DNA of 64,000 nucleotides from Roseibacillus sp. (GTDB lineage Bacteria > Verrucomicrobiota > Verrucomicrobiia > Verrucomicrobiales > Akkermansiaceae), in assembly GCA_965242925.1 (NCBI GenBank), contig CBDEUM010000034.1:64001-128000 (forward strand). The letters run 5' to 3'. The position numbers and the translations under genes are program-made. How positions within the stretch are numbered: the stretch's first letter is position 1; each line of letters starts with the position of its first letter. Below, in pieces: positions 28,548 through 39,625 of the stretch. The notes beneath the pieces were generated by a model, which did not search any database, was not told where the DNA came from, and worked only from the letters and a program-made list of their open reading frames with translations.

Positions 28548-30867
28548 CACCTATGATTCAGCCACTCTTACCCGCAAAATGTTCATTGATGGAGCCGAAG
28601 TGCTCACCGCCAACATCGGCGTCTCCGCCAATGCCTTGCGTGACATTCACATTGGTTCGGGCCAGGACAACGGGCTCAACTTCTACTGGAACGGACTCAT
28701 CGACGACGTGGGCTTCTGGGATGAGGCCCTTGGACAGGTCGAGATTGCGTCGGTGATGAACAACGGAATCGGGGGCGGCGTGGCCGATCCCAATCTCAGC
28801 ACCCGTGGCTCCTATAACCTGACCTTCGATGGTGTGGACAGGTCCTTCAATATTCCCATAGCCAATATTGGGGAAACGCAGGACCTGAACATAGTCGGGA
28901 CTCCTGTCATCGGAGGGGATGATGCGGCTAACTTCAGCGTGGTCACCGTTCCTGGTCCTATCGGACCCGGAGCTACGGCAGACCTTGTGTGCTCCTTTGA
29001 TCCCCTCGGTGGCGCAGGATTATTCGAGGCCACCTTCGACATCGCGAGTGACGATCCTCTGGAGCCAAGCAAGGTGATCACGGTGCTCATGACCTTCCGC
29101 GATCCTTTCGTATCCGGACCTGCGGTGATCGACTTTGGGGTCTTGGCTTCGGGAGCCGGAGCTGAGGTTGTGCAGGTCACGATCGAAAACCCCGGGATCA
29201 GCCAACTCGATATCACCGGCATCACCCTGAGCGGGTCGGATGCGGGTAACTTTTCACTCGGAACCTTCTCCGGCATTGACGGTGGCGGGGCGATCGACGT
29301 CGATCTCACCTTCAACTCCAATGGCCAGGAAGGCTCCTTCGTAGCGGATCTCACGATCGAGTCCAATGATCCCCTGGCTCCCAGTTTAATCGTTCCCATC
29401 GAGGTGCGGGTTGAGTTCAGTAATCCTCTCATCGCTCACTGGCCTCTGGATACTGATGCCTCTGATGCAACCGGAAATGGCTTCGATGGTGCGGTGGTTG
29501 GAGGCACGGTTAATTTCGGGCAACCCGGCGCCAATGCTGCCACCGGGACCGCCGCCTCCTTCCCGGACAACGGTCATATCGATGTGCTCTATGATGCGGC
29601 GCTCAACCCCGGAGAAAAGGCACCAGCCGGAGCAGAAAGTTTCACCATCGCACTCTGGGCCAACTCTACCAGCAACTCCGGATTCAATTCTCCCTTCACC
29701 TCCCGCGAGGACAGCGATTCGGTGAATGGCCCCATCATCTACAACAATCCGAGCGGCAACTGGAGTTACTGGGCTGGCAACAACGGACCTTCCGGGCAAT
29801 GGAATGCCATTAATGACGGCCCGGTGCCCCTCAATACCTGGGTCCATGTGGCGGTCACCTACGACTCAGCTGACACCAGGCGGAAGATGTTTGTCGACGG
29901 GGTGGAGGTGATCAACCAGGTCCTTGGGGTCTCCGCCAATTCCCAGCGCAACATTCATATCGGTTCGGGCCAGGATGACGGGCTCAACTTTTTCTGGAAC
30001 GGTCTCATCGACGATGTCGGACTGTTCCGGGTGGCCCTCACCGAGGAGCAGGTCCTGGCCGTGATGAACAAAGGGGTGGCGAGCTTCAACAAGTCATCGA
30101 AATTCCCCTTCAGCGTCTCGAACGCCTCCAACGACTCGCTGGTCTTTCGCTGGGACAGCCAGGCCGGAAAACTCTATAACCTGCTGAGCGTGACCAATCC
30201 CTCGGCTCCCATTCCTCCCGGAGCGGATCCGGCTGCTCCCTCCGAGTGGCCCGTCTTTAATAATCACACGGCCATCGCGGCCAGCCCGCCCGAGAACATC
30301 CTGACCATTCCGCGTCCGGCCGACCCCGCTCGTTATTTCGTCATCCAAGAATACAACGCGCCGCCCGTGGTGGCCTTCTCCGATGACCTCGAATCGGGCG
30401 CGGGGGATTGGACCACTCTGGTTAACGACGCGATTGGTGACACTGATTGGCAACTTGGCACGCCGGGCGGCAGCACGGGACCGCTCACAGGAGCCGGGGG
30501 CTCGAACAATGCCTGGTGCACGAACCTGGCGGATTACGGTGCCGACTCCGACATTTCACTCCGTTCTCCGGCCATCGATCTCAGCGCTCTGGCCAGTGCC
30601 ACCCTGGCATTTAAAGCCTACCGCGATGCGGACGGTTTCGGCGACTTCGCCAGGATTCGGTTCTTGCGGGCCAGCGATCAGGTCCAGCTCGGCGGGGACA
30701 CACAGATTGACATGGCTCCGATTGATGCGGACTGGATCTCCCTCACTATTCCGGTTGTGCCGGAGGCGATCGGCGAAACGGTTCTCATTGAATGGATCTT
30801 CACGAGCGACAGCAGCCTGGACGCCTTTAGCGGGCTCTCCATTGACGACATTGAGGTGACCGACTGA
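28045..30867 (+). CDS. Large secreted protein: LamG, two Ig-like (choice-of-anchor D/ASH-like) domains, LamG, shared C-terminal region (module A)
   Basis: Signal peptide; two LamG copies; two I.N.G...L.I....F.P..G.F.A...I.S.DP Ig-like units; C-terminal region homologous to those of 36302 and 43150. Confidence 0.88.
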   Translation: MNLRSFFLFTFCAIAIQVASVHADLLAHWPLDNDAADATGNGHDGVVTGGTVNFGQPGANAATGNAAAFPDNGHIDVLFDTALNPGTQAPDGSGSFTIALWANSSSNGGFNSPFTSREDNGVSVNGPIIYNNNGGNWSYWAGNNGAPGQWNALNGPAVPLNTWQHVAVTYDSATLTRKMFIDGAEVLTANIGVSANALRDIHIGSGQDNGLNFYWNGLIDDVGFWDEALGQVEIASVMNNGIGGGVADPNLSTRGSYNLTFDGVDRSFNIPIANIGETQDLNIVGTPVIGGDDAANFSVVTVPGPIGPGATADLVCSFDPLGGAGLFEATFDIASDDPLEPSKVITVLMTFRDPFVSGPAVIDFGVLASGAGAEVVQVTIENPGISQLDITGITLSGSDAGNFSLGTFSGIDGGGAIDVDLTFNSNGQEGSFVADLTIESNDPLAPSLIVPIEVRVEFSNPLIAHWPLDTDASDATGNGFDGAVVGGTVNFGQPGANAATGTAASFPDNGHIDVLYDAALNPGEKAPAGAESFTIALWANSTSNSGFNSPFTSREDSDSVNGPIIYNNPSGNWSYWAGNNGPSGQWNAINDGPVPLNTWVHVAVTYDSADTRRKMFVDGVEVINQVLGVSANSQRNIHIGSGQDDGLNFFWNGLIDDVGLFRVALTEEQVLAVMNKGVASFNKSSKFPFSVSNASNDSLVFRWDSQAGKLYNLLSVTNPSAPIPPGADPAAPSEWPVFNNHTAIAASPPENILTIPRPADPARYFVIQEYNAPPVVAFSDDLESGAGDWTTLVNDAIGDTDWQLGTPGGSTGPLTGAGGSNNAWCTNLADYGADSDISLRSPAIDLSALASATLAFKAYRDADGFGDFARIRFLRASDQVQLGGDTQIDMAPIDADWISLTIPVVPEAIGETVLIEWIFTSDSSLDAFSGLSIDDIEVTD

Positions 30868-30994
30868 AATTTCCTTCGTTGATAGCTTCGATGGGCGCGC
30901 TCTGAGCGGTTCATCGGGGCGGACCGCCCGCCAACGGCATGAAGGCCAGATGGGGCGCTGACGATGGCGGGAGAAGGGCTGAGCTGATTTGCTC

Positions 30995-33900
30995 CTAGCG
31001 CTCCTGCACCCGGAGCCGGAAGAAGAGGCGGGGCTCTCCAAAGGGAGGGCTGTGGATACCCCACTGCCGGGGTTCCCCGCCGAGGTAGTCGAAACCGTCT
31101 TCGTTCCAGTGGACAAGATCGGTGCTCCACTGGGGAATGATTTCCACACCATCGGCGCCCGGCATGAGGGACGCGGAGAGAGTCTTGGTGAGGACGTCAA
31201 GAATCACGGGGCCTGCCAGAGAGTAGGTCAGGAGATCACCGCCGTGGTAGGAAACGGTGTCCGTGCCACCCGGAGTTCCTCCGGGTGCGGTGCTGGCACG
31301 CCAGTTCTGCGGCAAGCCGTGATCGGGCGCTGATCCTGGCGCGATGAGAACAAGGCTCGGTCCTCCTCCATCTGTCCGGTCGGGCCAGGGAAGGTCGTTG
31401 TCGTAGGAGAAGGCCAGAATCTCGTCACCCTGGGAATCCGAGATTGCGACGAATTCGCCTCCATTGTTGAGCGCCCCTTCGAAGGTCCCTGCAATGGCTA
31501 CCCCGGGATGAGCTGCTGCGAAGGCAACGGGATCGTGTACGAGGACGGCCCGCTCTCCGGGGGCAAGGGTGTAACCGAGTGGAAAGGTGAAGGTGATCCC
31601 GTCGCTGAAGTGAACTCCGGTGAGGTCGAGGGTATCGACGGCGGAAATGTTCATGACCTCGATGAATTCGTCGGCGGTGTCAGTGATCGCCGGATTGTAC
31701 ATCAGTTCGCTCACTGCCAGGGTCGTGGCGCTGGGCGCCACCCCGACGATGAAGGTGGCCTCGTTAAGCGCCGACCACTCGGAACCGTCGAAGGCACGTG
31801 CCCGGATCTGGGTGGTCGCATTCAAGGGGAAGGAATCCTCCCCACTCAGGGTGGTGGCCTCGATTTCCGGAACAATGAGGAAGTCGGAACTTCCTGAGCT
31901 GACGTTGAGTCCGTGAATGGCGAGAAGGTTGCCGGCGGGTGAGAGCAGGTTCCTGTGCGCCGTGATGTCGATCTCTTCGAACTGAACCGCGAGGGAATCT
32001 GAGTGCGATCCGCCGGCTCCGGAGTCCCAGGCCGGAGCAGCAGTGGGCGGATTGCGGGAGGCGATCTGGACGCCGTTGAGATAGGCAATGAAGCCGTCGT
32101 CGTACTTCATGCGCAAGGTGAGGGTCAGGAGATCACCCGGATTGGCGCCCCCAAAGGGGATGCGCAGGTAGGCGGTCGGGTGCCTGGTGAACATCTCCGT
32201 GTGCAGATCGAGAGAGATCTCGTCCTGGTAGCCGCTGCTGTCCTCATATCCCACCCCGGTGGTTCCCGCGAGCCAGGTGGAATCATTGAAGGAGGGGGTG
32301 CGCCAGGTGGCGTCCACCGAACCATCGGCGGGCACGAGGGCGCGGACCGGAGCACCGGCGGCCAGCAGGGTCACCGCATTGGTTCCACTGGAGGCGCTGG
32401 AAGCGGCAGGATTGATGGCGCCTCCGGTCAGACGGGGATCGGAGCCGTCTGTCGTGTAGTGGACCGTAGAATCGGCTGCAAAGCGCACATTGAAGCCGGG
32501 CAGGACCACTCCTCCATGCTGGTTGAACTCGGGGGCATCGAGATCGGGATAGAGGTTGTGGCTGCGCATCTGGCTGAAGACCACGGCCTGCCGGCGAGGA
32601 AAGTAGGTGTTCGTCATCCTGGCGTTCTGCGCATCCCAGTGATCCTGCACGGTGCGGAGACCGGACCCCTTGGCGTCGCCCCAGCGGGCCGACTCGGCAA
32701 AAAGCGCGGGACGGGCGATTGCAGCCAGCTTGTTCCAGCGGGCGAGGTTGCTGACCACCGTCATGGCTCCGCCGTGGTGATAGTGTTTGTAGACGCGATC
32801 GGCAAAGCGCATGCGGTATTCGACATTGGCTCGGAGCGGGATTTCGATCTCGCCCGGCGATTCGGTCCACCAGTTGTGGCCCGGGGAGGTCTGCACCTTG
32901 TTGCCGCCGTTGGGATTTCCCCCCGCAAAGGGAATGTCGTTGTCCCAGGTGAAGAACTTAAAGCCATCGGTGCGTCCCCGAATCCGGTCACGGATGACGT
33001 AATAGTTGCCAGGCCAGTCGACCTGAGCGTGGTAGTGGCCGTTGATCACGTAGTCGATGAAGTTGTCGATGTCGATGAGGACGGGATAAGCCCGGTTGGG
33101 AGAGCCGTCCGGATTGTTGCCCTGAATACGCTGATAGTCCGCCGTGGTGCTGAGTCCTGCATTGGCCTCGCTGCGCAGTTGGTTCCACATCGTGATGGTC
33201 CCTGCGGTGGAACGATCCGGACAGCAGAACTTCACGACGTCGTATTGGCTCCTGTCTCCCCCGAGGTATGTTTCCGCGAACGAGTCGTCGGGCCGCTCGG
33301 TGGGATTGTAGAACCCCCAATAGATTCCGTTGAGGTAGACATGGGCGAAGATTCCCCGCACCGCCGGTTGACCCATGTCGAATTGCGCGCGCTTGCACCA
33401 CTCGTCACCTATGTAGAAGGCTGACCCGAAGCCCTGGTATTCCGTGAGCCAGGCATCACGGATGTTGCCCCGGAGGGCGATGGTGTTGAACTCGCCCGGC
33501 CCTTCGTCACCGAGAATGGGATACTGCATCCGGGCATCGCCATATTCCTTCTTGAAGAGAAGCCTCATGTTGAGTTTGGGCGTGGCATTGAGATTCCGGG
33601 ACGTGTAGCCCATGATACGCAGTCCAGCATTGGTCTGGTAGCGCCCCAGACCATCCTCCCCGATGATCTCCACTGAAACCGGCCGCTCCCACTGGGATCC
33701 GCGACCGGAGGGGTTGAGATAGATGCCGGATCCGGAATCAAAGAGATTGTCGCGATCGGTCACGATCGAAATGGTGGGAATAGACTCCAGGGAAGCGACA
33801 ATGGCGGCCCGGGCTTCGCGGGGGGTGAAGGAACGGTTACCTGCGGCCCGGGCATAATCGGTGGAATTCTGATCCATGGCGTAGTCCGCGGTGACACCCC

Positions 33901-35738
33901 AATTGGTGGGATAGCCGGCCGGATGACCCTGGGTGGCGACCGCATCGAGGAAGAGGTAGCTGTGGGTGTCGACATTGGTGGGATGGAAACCGGCCTTGAA
34001 GGCGGCCGCCCGCAAGACAGTGGTGGTGCGGATACTGACCGGCCCGGTGTAGACGCTCCCGTGCCTCTCGGTGGGAGTCGATCCGTCGGTGGTATAGCGG
34101 ATCGTTGCGCCCGAGGTGCTGGAAGTGATCACCACCGAAAACGGCGTGCGGTGAAATCCGCGGTCCACGCTGAAACTGGTGTCGGCCACAAAGCCGACGA
34201 CGCCGGTGGGGTCATTGGGAGCGCCCGGGGTGGGGGTGGTGAAGTATCGAGCCGAGGACACATCGTGACTGACTCCGGAAAGGCGCGGGGAGGCAACAAA
34301 ATCGGCGTCGCCCGCGAGCACGTTGAGACCCTGCACCGCCAGGACATTGCCAGTCGGCATGAGGGTGCCCGGAGGCAGGGCGACCTGGAACAGCTCGGCG
34401 CCGTTTCCTTCCGCAGTGGCGGCAGAATTCCAGGCGGGCACCCCCGGGGCATTGCGGTTGGCAATGGGCACGCCGTTGATCCAGGCGGCAAACCCGTCGT
34501 CGTAGCCCATTCCAAGTTGCAGGGTGTCGACCGCGGACGGATCAGCCACCTCAAAGGGAACGCGAACCACGATGCTGGAATTGTTGTTGAGCATGGAGGC
34601 TTCGACATCGGTCTCGATGTCATTGGCCGCATGGGGGCTGTATTTGAAGGTGCCCGCCGCGTATCGATTGGACGGACCACCGTCCTCGCTGGAGGGAAAA
34701 CTTCCGGCATCGCCAAAGCGCGAATTCCCCACGAACTGGATGAGGCTGCCACCCGTATCGATATCGAGTCCGTCAAGCGCGGAAACCCCCTGGTTTCCGT
34801 TCCTTTCACCCGAGCCGTAGCCGTAGGCCACCATGGTGTAGTCTCCCCGGCGCGAGGATGAGAGGCGCAACCAGTGGCTTGAAGCGGGTTCCTCCTTCCA
34901 GTGTTCCGGGATTGGCCCCGGTGAAGCTCTCGGTCGCGAGCACCGATCCTGCGTCGTCTCCACTGCGACTCCAGAGCTGGGCCGTGATGTTGCGGTTCAG
35001 TCCGTCGGAACCGTCATCAAAGACGCCCAAATCGGTAACCCGGACATCCTGGAGAGCCACGAAGTCCATTCCAAGCGACCCGCTGTAGGATTGGTTGCCC
35101 GGCACTCCCGCTTCCACCAGGTAAGCGGTATGGAATCCTGGCCCACCCCCGAGAACCGGTCCCGGCGAAGTGTTGTAGCCCACTGCCGCCCGGCCGGTGG
35201 TCCACGTGCCATCGTCGAAGCCAGGCTGAATCCAGTCGGGCGAAAGAGTGGCGGCGGGCACCCGGTAACGCGCGTTGGAGCCCGGCACCACCAGCGATTC
35301 CTGCTCAGTCAACAGCCCGTATCCCACATCTTCGCGTTGGGAGGGAACGATAGCATATTCGAAAGCCACCGAGTCATCAGGGCGCAGCAAGGTCAACGGC
35401 TCACCGGAAGCATCGAGTTTGAACGTGGTGTGCAGATGTCCTGCGCCATCGACATGATTCTCGATGGCCTGGCCGGAGGCGAAGACCACGAGATAGCCCC
35501 CGCCGGGAAGGAAAGTTCCCGCCGGAAAGCGCCAGGTTTCCATGTTGTCACGCAAGCCCCACCCAGCCAGAGCGACCTCGGCGGCGTCCGGATTGTGAAT
35601 TTCGATCCAGTCGGGATAGTTGCCGTCTCCGTCCGCGAGGATGCCGCTGTTGGACGCCATGAACTCCGAGATGACGGGTTCAGCCAGGAGGGAGGGGAGG
35701 GCGGCCCATGCAAGTGCTATGGCAATACGGGTGGTCAT
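30995..35738 (-). CDS. Lamin-tail / DUF4082-like / chitobiase-like Fn3 / CotH kinase-family giant (CotH giant 3, module B), one frameshift at 34845-34848
   Basis: ORF 34806-35738 (signal, LTD) and ORF 30995-34963 (CotH: GLRIMG, VYLNGIYWG, VDWPGNYY, FTWDND) join as LAPG-DYTMVAYGY if one G is removed from a G run. Confidence 0.85.
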
Positions 35739-35809
35739 TGGGGATCTGCGAAGCTAGGCAGGGAAACTGGTGATGCAAGCCAGCTCTCTGATCGGCCCTC
35801 ACCGACGCA

Positions 35810-36130
35810 GGTTGCTCCGGGCCTTCGCGAACGATAAATTCTCTTTCGGCGGTGATGGGCCCCCCGATTTCTCTGGTCCTTCCGGAGGCCCAGTTCACGT
35901 GCACCGAGTCTGCCGACTCCGCACCACCGAGACCGATGAGGAGCATTGCGTTGTTCTGTGTGGCATAGCTGTCCCCGCGGTTGCGCTGGAGGAGATTCTT
36001 TTCCCAGCGCACACACGTAGAGACCCTCCAGGCCGTCACCGTCAACATCGGCAACGGAGAGAGCGGTGTGGATGTTGACCGAATCCGGATAGACCCGCGA
36101 GCGGAGAGGAGGGCTCCCCGCCGCCGCCAG
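35810..36130 (-). pseudogene. Internally deleted FG-GAP/ASPIC-UnbV remnant, paralog of 40392-43034 (module B)
   Basis: DSVNIHTALSVADVDGDG..LYVC / RWEKNLLQRNRGD is fused directly to SYATQNNAMLLIGLG..VNWASGRT. These match the first FG-GAP repeat and the last UnbV strands of the module C gene. Confidence 0.8.
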
Positions 36131-36301
36131 AAGAGTAATCGATCGCCCTCGTGTCTTAATTCCGGTCATATCCAGCTGATCATTCAGGTTTTAAAGCAAC
36201 TCGATACTCGACACCTTCAGCAAGGTGGTATTGGAGTGTTGAATTGTTATCGACGCCTCGAAAGCTCGCCCTGTAAGCTGCGACAAATCCAAACGACCTA
36301 C

Positions 36302-38581
36302 ATGAAAACCCAATCTTTCCTGGTGACGGGATTCCTCGTCGCCTGCCTCTTCTGCTTCGCAGGCACCCTCCAGTCGCATGCCGCCATTGCCTATGGCATC
36401 CCCGCTGGCACGGCCGGAACGCAGGCCTACAACGGAGCCCTTGGCAACGATTTCGACGTCAGCAGCCCCGACGGAATCGTGGTGACCCGCCTGGGGGTCT
36501 TTGATGATGGGTCGAACGGTCTCAACTCCACGATCACGGTGGGAATTTTCGACCGGACCACCGCCACCCTGGTGGGTTCCTCTATTACCTTCAGCGGCGA
36601 CGATGGCTCCCTGGAGGACGCAACCCGCTTCGCTGACCTGACTTCACCGATCTCGCTCCCCGCTGGATTCCAAGGGTCGATCGTGGCCCAGGGCTACAAT
36701 GGCAGTGAACAAAACGGGAATGCCGGGACCGGGTCCACGGTGGGAACAACCGACGATGGTGACGGGGCCATCACTTTCGTGGGCGGGTCGCGCTTTGGTC
36801 CAGGCGGGGTGTTCGCTTACCCCACCAGCGTCGATGGCGGGCCTGCCAACCGCTACCATGCCGGCAACTTTGACTTCACTGTTACCAATGTGGACAGTGA
36901 CAACGATGGCCTGCCCGACCACTGGGAGACTCGATTTGGTCTGGACCCCGCCGACCCCAGCGATGCGGACGACGATGGGGATGGTGACGGCTTGGACAAC
37001 CTCGAAGAATACGAAAACGGAACGGATCCGACCGAGCGCGACAGTGACGGCGACAACCTGAGCGATGGTGAGGAAATCAGCGAAGACAACGGTTTTGTTA
37101 CTGATCCCAACAACGCGGATACAGATGGCGACGGTCTGAATGACGACGTGGAGACCAATACCGGCACGTTCGTCAGTGACACCGACACCGGGACTGATCC
37201 CAACGATTCTGACACGGACAATGACGGTGATCTCGATGGCGACGAGGTTGCCGCTGGCTCCGATCCCCACGATTCCAACGACGGTATTCCTGCGCCCTAC
37301 AAGGGGTTGCTGGCGGTGGACTATCTCACCGGGGGGATCGGCACGCAGAGCTTCGGGGAGGGCCTGGGGCACGATTTCGTGGTTAATGAACCGATTTCGG
37401 TGAACGCCCTCGGCGTGTTTGACAGCGGCGCAGACGGACTGGGACTGGAGTTGTCCGCGGAACTCTGGCAGCGCGATGACGCGGGAACCCCCGAGACCTT
37501 CAACGACGACACGGGCATCCAGCTCGCTTCCCTCCTCTTTACCCCCGGTGATCCGGGGTTCCTCCACAATTCGAACCGCTTCAAGGCCCTGCCCAATCCG
37601 ATCACCCTGGAACCGGGCGCTTACACCGTGGTGGGACGAGGATACGGCAATGCCGAGCAGAACGGCAATGAGGGTACCGGCGGACCCCTGATCGATCACA
37701 AGGACATCGATGAAGGCGACGGACTCATCAGCTTCGTGGGGAATTCACGCTTCGGCGGGGGCGGGGTGGGGGTGCAAGACTTCCCCAGCAGCGTGGACGG
37801 CGGCCCCCCGGTGCGCTACAGCGCCGGCACCTTCGCCTACAAGCTGGCCAAGACCGATCATTTCTTCCTGCGCATCACGGCCACCGGCGACGATCTCGTC
37901 TTGGAGTGGGACAGCAAGTTCGGCAAGGTTTACGACATCCTGAGCAACACGGACCTTTCCGCCACTCCGGTCGAGAACTGGCCAGTGCTACGGGGAGACA
38001 TCCCGGCCACCGCTCCCCTCAACACCGAAACCATTCTCCGTCCTCCCGACGACGAGCGCTACTTCGTGGTGGTGGAAAAGGATGGCCCTCCTCTTTTCGA
38101 AGATGATTTGGAGACCGACAAGGGGTGGACCGCGATCGTGAATGATGCCAACGGTAATACCAACTGGGAGCGTGGCACACCCAGCGGCAGCACTGGTCCT
38201 CTCACCGGTGCCGATGGCTCCGCCAATGCCTGGTCCACCAACCAGGGCGACTATGGGCTGGATTCCGACATCTCCCTGCGCTCGCCGGTAATCGATTTGA
38301 CCGGCGTTCCGACCGCCGACCTGTCCTTCGACGTCTTCAGGGATGCCGATGGCTTTGGCGATACCGCCTCGGTGCGTTTCCTGGACGCAACCGGCCTCAT
38401 CCAACTGGGGTTCAGGCAGGCCATCGACATGACGGTTTTCGACGTTGACTGGTCCAACCTGGTCATCCCGGTAGCACCGGAAGCCGTCGGGCAGAACATC
38501 ATCATCGAAATCAATTTCATCAGCGACAACAGCGCGGACTCCTTCAGCGGGCTCTCCATCGATAACATACGCCTGAACTAG
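36302..38581 (+). CDS. Large secreted protein: DUF4082-like domain, Asp-rich TSP3-like Ca-binding repeats, second DUF4082-like domain, shared C-terminal region (module B)
   Basis: Signal peptide from ATG 36302; LGNDFDV..VTRLGVFDDG domain; DSDNDGLPD..GTDP repeats; C-terminal FEDDLE..SGLSIDN domain. Confidence 0.88.
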   Translation: MKTQSFLVTGFLVACLFCFAGTLQSHAAIAYGIPAGTAGTQAYNGALGNDFDVSSPDGIVVTRLGVFDDGSNGLNSTITVGIFDRTTATLVGSSITFSGDDGSLEDATRFADLTSPISLPAGFQGSIVAQGYNGSEQNGNAGTGSTVGTTDDGDGAITFVGGSRFGPGGVFAYPTSVDGGPANRYHAGNFDFTVTNVDSDNDGLPDHWETRFGLDPADPSDADDDGDGDGLDNLEEYENGTDPTERDSDGDNLSDGEEISEDNGFVTDPNNADTDGDGLNDDVETNTGTFVSDTDTGTDPNDSDTDNDGDLDGDEVAAGSDPHDSNDGIPAPYKGLLAVDYLTGGIGTQSFGEGLGHDFVVNEPISVNALGVFDSGADGLGLELSAELWQRDDAGTPETFNDDTGIQLASLLFTPGDPGFLHNSNRFKALPNPITLEPGAYTVVGRGYGNAEQNGNEGTGGPLIDHKDIDEGDGLISFVGNSRFGGGGVGVQDFPSSVDGGPPVRYSAGTFAYKLAKTDHFFLRITATGDDLVLEWDSKFGKVYDILSNTDLSATPVENWPVLRGDIPATAPLNTETILRPPDDERYFVVVEKDGPPLFEDDLETDKGWTAIVNDANGNTNWERGTPSGSTGPLTGADGSANAWSTNQGDYGLDSDISLRSPVIDLTGVPTADLSFDVFRDADGFGDTASVRFLDATGLIQLGFRQAIDMTVFDVDWSNLVIPVAPEAVGQNIIIEINFISDNSADSFSGLSIDNIRLN

Positions 38582-39508
38582 AACCAGGTATGGCCGGACA
38601 ACGGCAGGGATTGGGTTCCTGTGATGGCATGACGATGGGAAACAATCACCGTTTGGCACCCACCGAGATGTCGCCCGCCGGAAAGGGCGCGGGTCTACGC
38701 CCTTCCTTTCCTCGACCTTGTATTTTCCCAGATATTCAAGGCTCAATTATCATCCGGCCCCTGGCACAGGCGGGAGGCCAATTTATCGAGCTGGAATTTC
38801 AGTTAACGGCAGTCCATTCCATTGCTCCTCGCTGGCACGCCAATCGACCTCTTCAAGGGCACGGCAAGTGCGGGAAAAACCCAAATTAGGGGTTGAACCA
38901 GCGCGACCTAACCCCTTTAATGGTGTCCAAGACCCATTAACTCATTGATGAAGACGCTCCTATCAGTCACCGCGGGGACTGCGCTCTTACTTACCAGCGC
39001 CCTCCAATCGCATGCCGCCATTGCCTACGGCATTGACGCCGGCACGGCTGGTACGCAAGCCTATAACGGAGCGCTCGGCAACGATTTTGACGTCGTCAGC
39101 ACGACCGGAATCTCGGTGACCCGCCTGGGCGTCTTTGATGACTCATCCGATGGTCTCAACTCCACGATTACGGTGGGAATTTTTGACCGGACCGACGGCT
39201 CTCTGGTTGGTTCCTCGATTGCATTCAGTGGTAACGATGGCTCGCTGGAAGGCGGGACCCGCTTCGCTACCCTGCTCTCACCCATCACTCTTCCAGCCGG
39301 ATTCCAAGGATCGGTCGTGGCCCAGGGCTATAATGCCGCTGAGCGAAACGGGAACGGCGGGACCGGATCCACGCCTGGAACGACCGACGACGGTGGCGGC
39401 GCCATCAGTTTTGTGGGTGGTTCGCGCTTTGGGCCAGGCGGGGTGTTTGCTTACCCCACCAGCGTCGATGGCGGGCCTGCTAACCGCTACCATGCCGGCA
39501 ACTTCGAC
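36367..39508 (+). repeat. Highly similar DNA shared by the large gene (36367-36874) and the PEP-CTERM gene (39001-39508)
   Basis: Same offset (2634) at both ends of about 508 bp; includes the end of the signal peptide (LQSHAAIAYGI). Confidence 0.88.
38857..38871 (+). promoter_or_regulatory. Possible sigma-54 (-24/-12) promoter upstream of the PEP-CTERM pair
   Basis: GGGCACGGCAAGTGC gives GG-N10-GC with GGCAC and TGC; imperfect match to TGGCAC-N5-TTGC. Confidence 0.35.
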
Positions 39509-39589
39509 TACGACGTCATTCCCGAGCCCTCCTCCCTGGCCCTTCTTCTTGGTGCCTTCGGATTCGTCGGCTTGCGTCGGCGTCGCTAA
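38948..39589 (+). CDS. PEP-CTERM protein with DUF4082-like domain (module B)
   Basis: Signal peptide; C-terminal IPEPSSLALLLGAFGFVGLRRRR. Confidence 0.92.
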   Translation: MKTLLSVTAGTALLLTSALQSHAAIAYGIDAGTAGTQAYNGALGNDFDVVSTTGISVTRLGVFDDSSDGLNSTITVGIFDRTDGSLVGSSIAFSGNDGSLEGGTRFATLLSPITLPAGFQGSVVAQGYNAAERNGNGGTGSTPGTTDDGGGAISFVGGSRFGPGGVFAYPTSVDGGPANRYHAGNFDYDVIPEPSSLALLLGAFGFVGLRRRR

Positions 39590-39625
39590 CAATCGTTTTT
39601 ACCAACCCACGAAACAACTCATCAA

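Noticed and set aside
35981..36301. N-terminal extensions in the ORF track (also 26894-27130, 16449-16607, 56407-56736, 1071-1187)
   Set aside because: Signal peptides begin at downstream ATGs; most extensions overlap or abut other genes or relics.
36890..37285. Periodic GAC/GAT-rich repeats (also 43720-44135 and 44650-45070) as a possible CRISPR or DNA repeat array
   Set aside because: They are coding Asp-rich TSP3-like Ca-binding repeats with variable DNA; no constant repeat-spacer pattern and no cas genes.
38680..38711. Hairpin AAGGGCG/CGCCCTT after gene 36302 (also GGGATG/CATCCC after 13907)
   Set aside because: Short stems without a convincing U-tract; too weak to call terminators.
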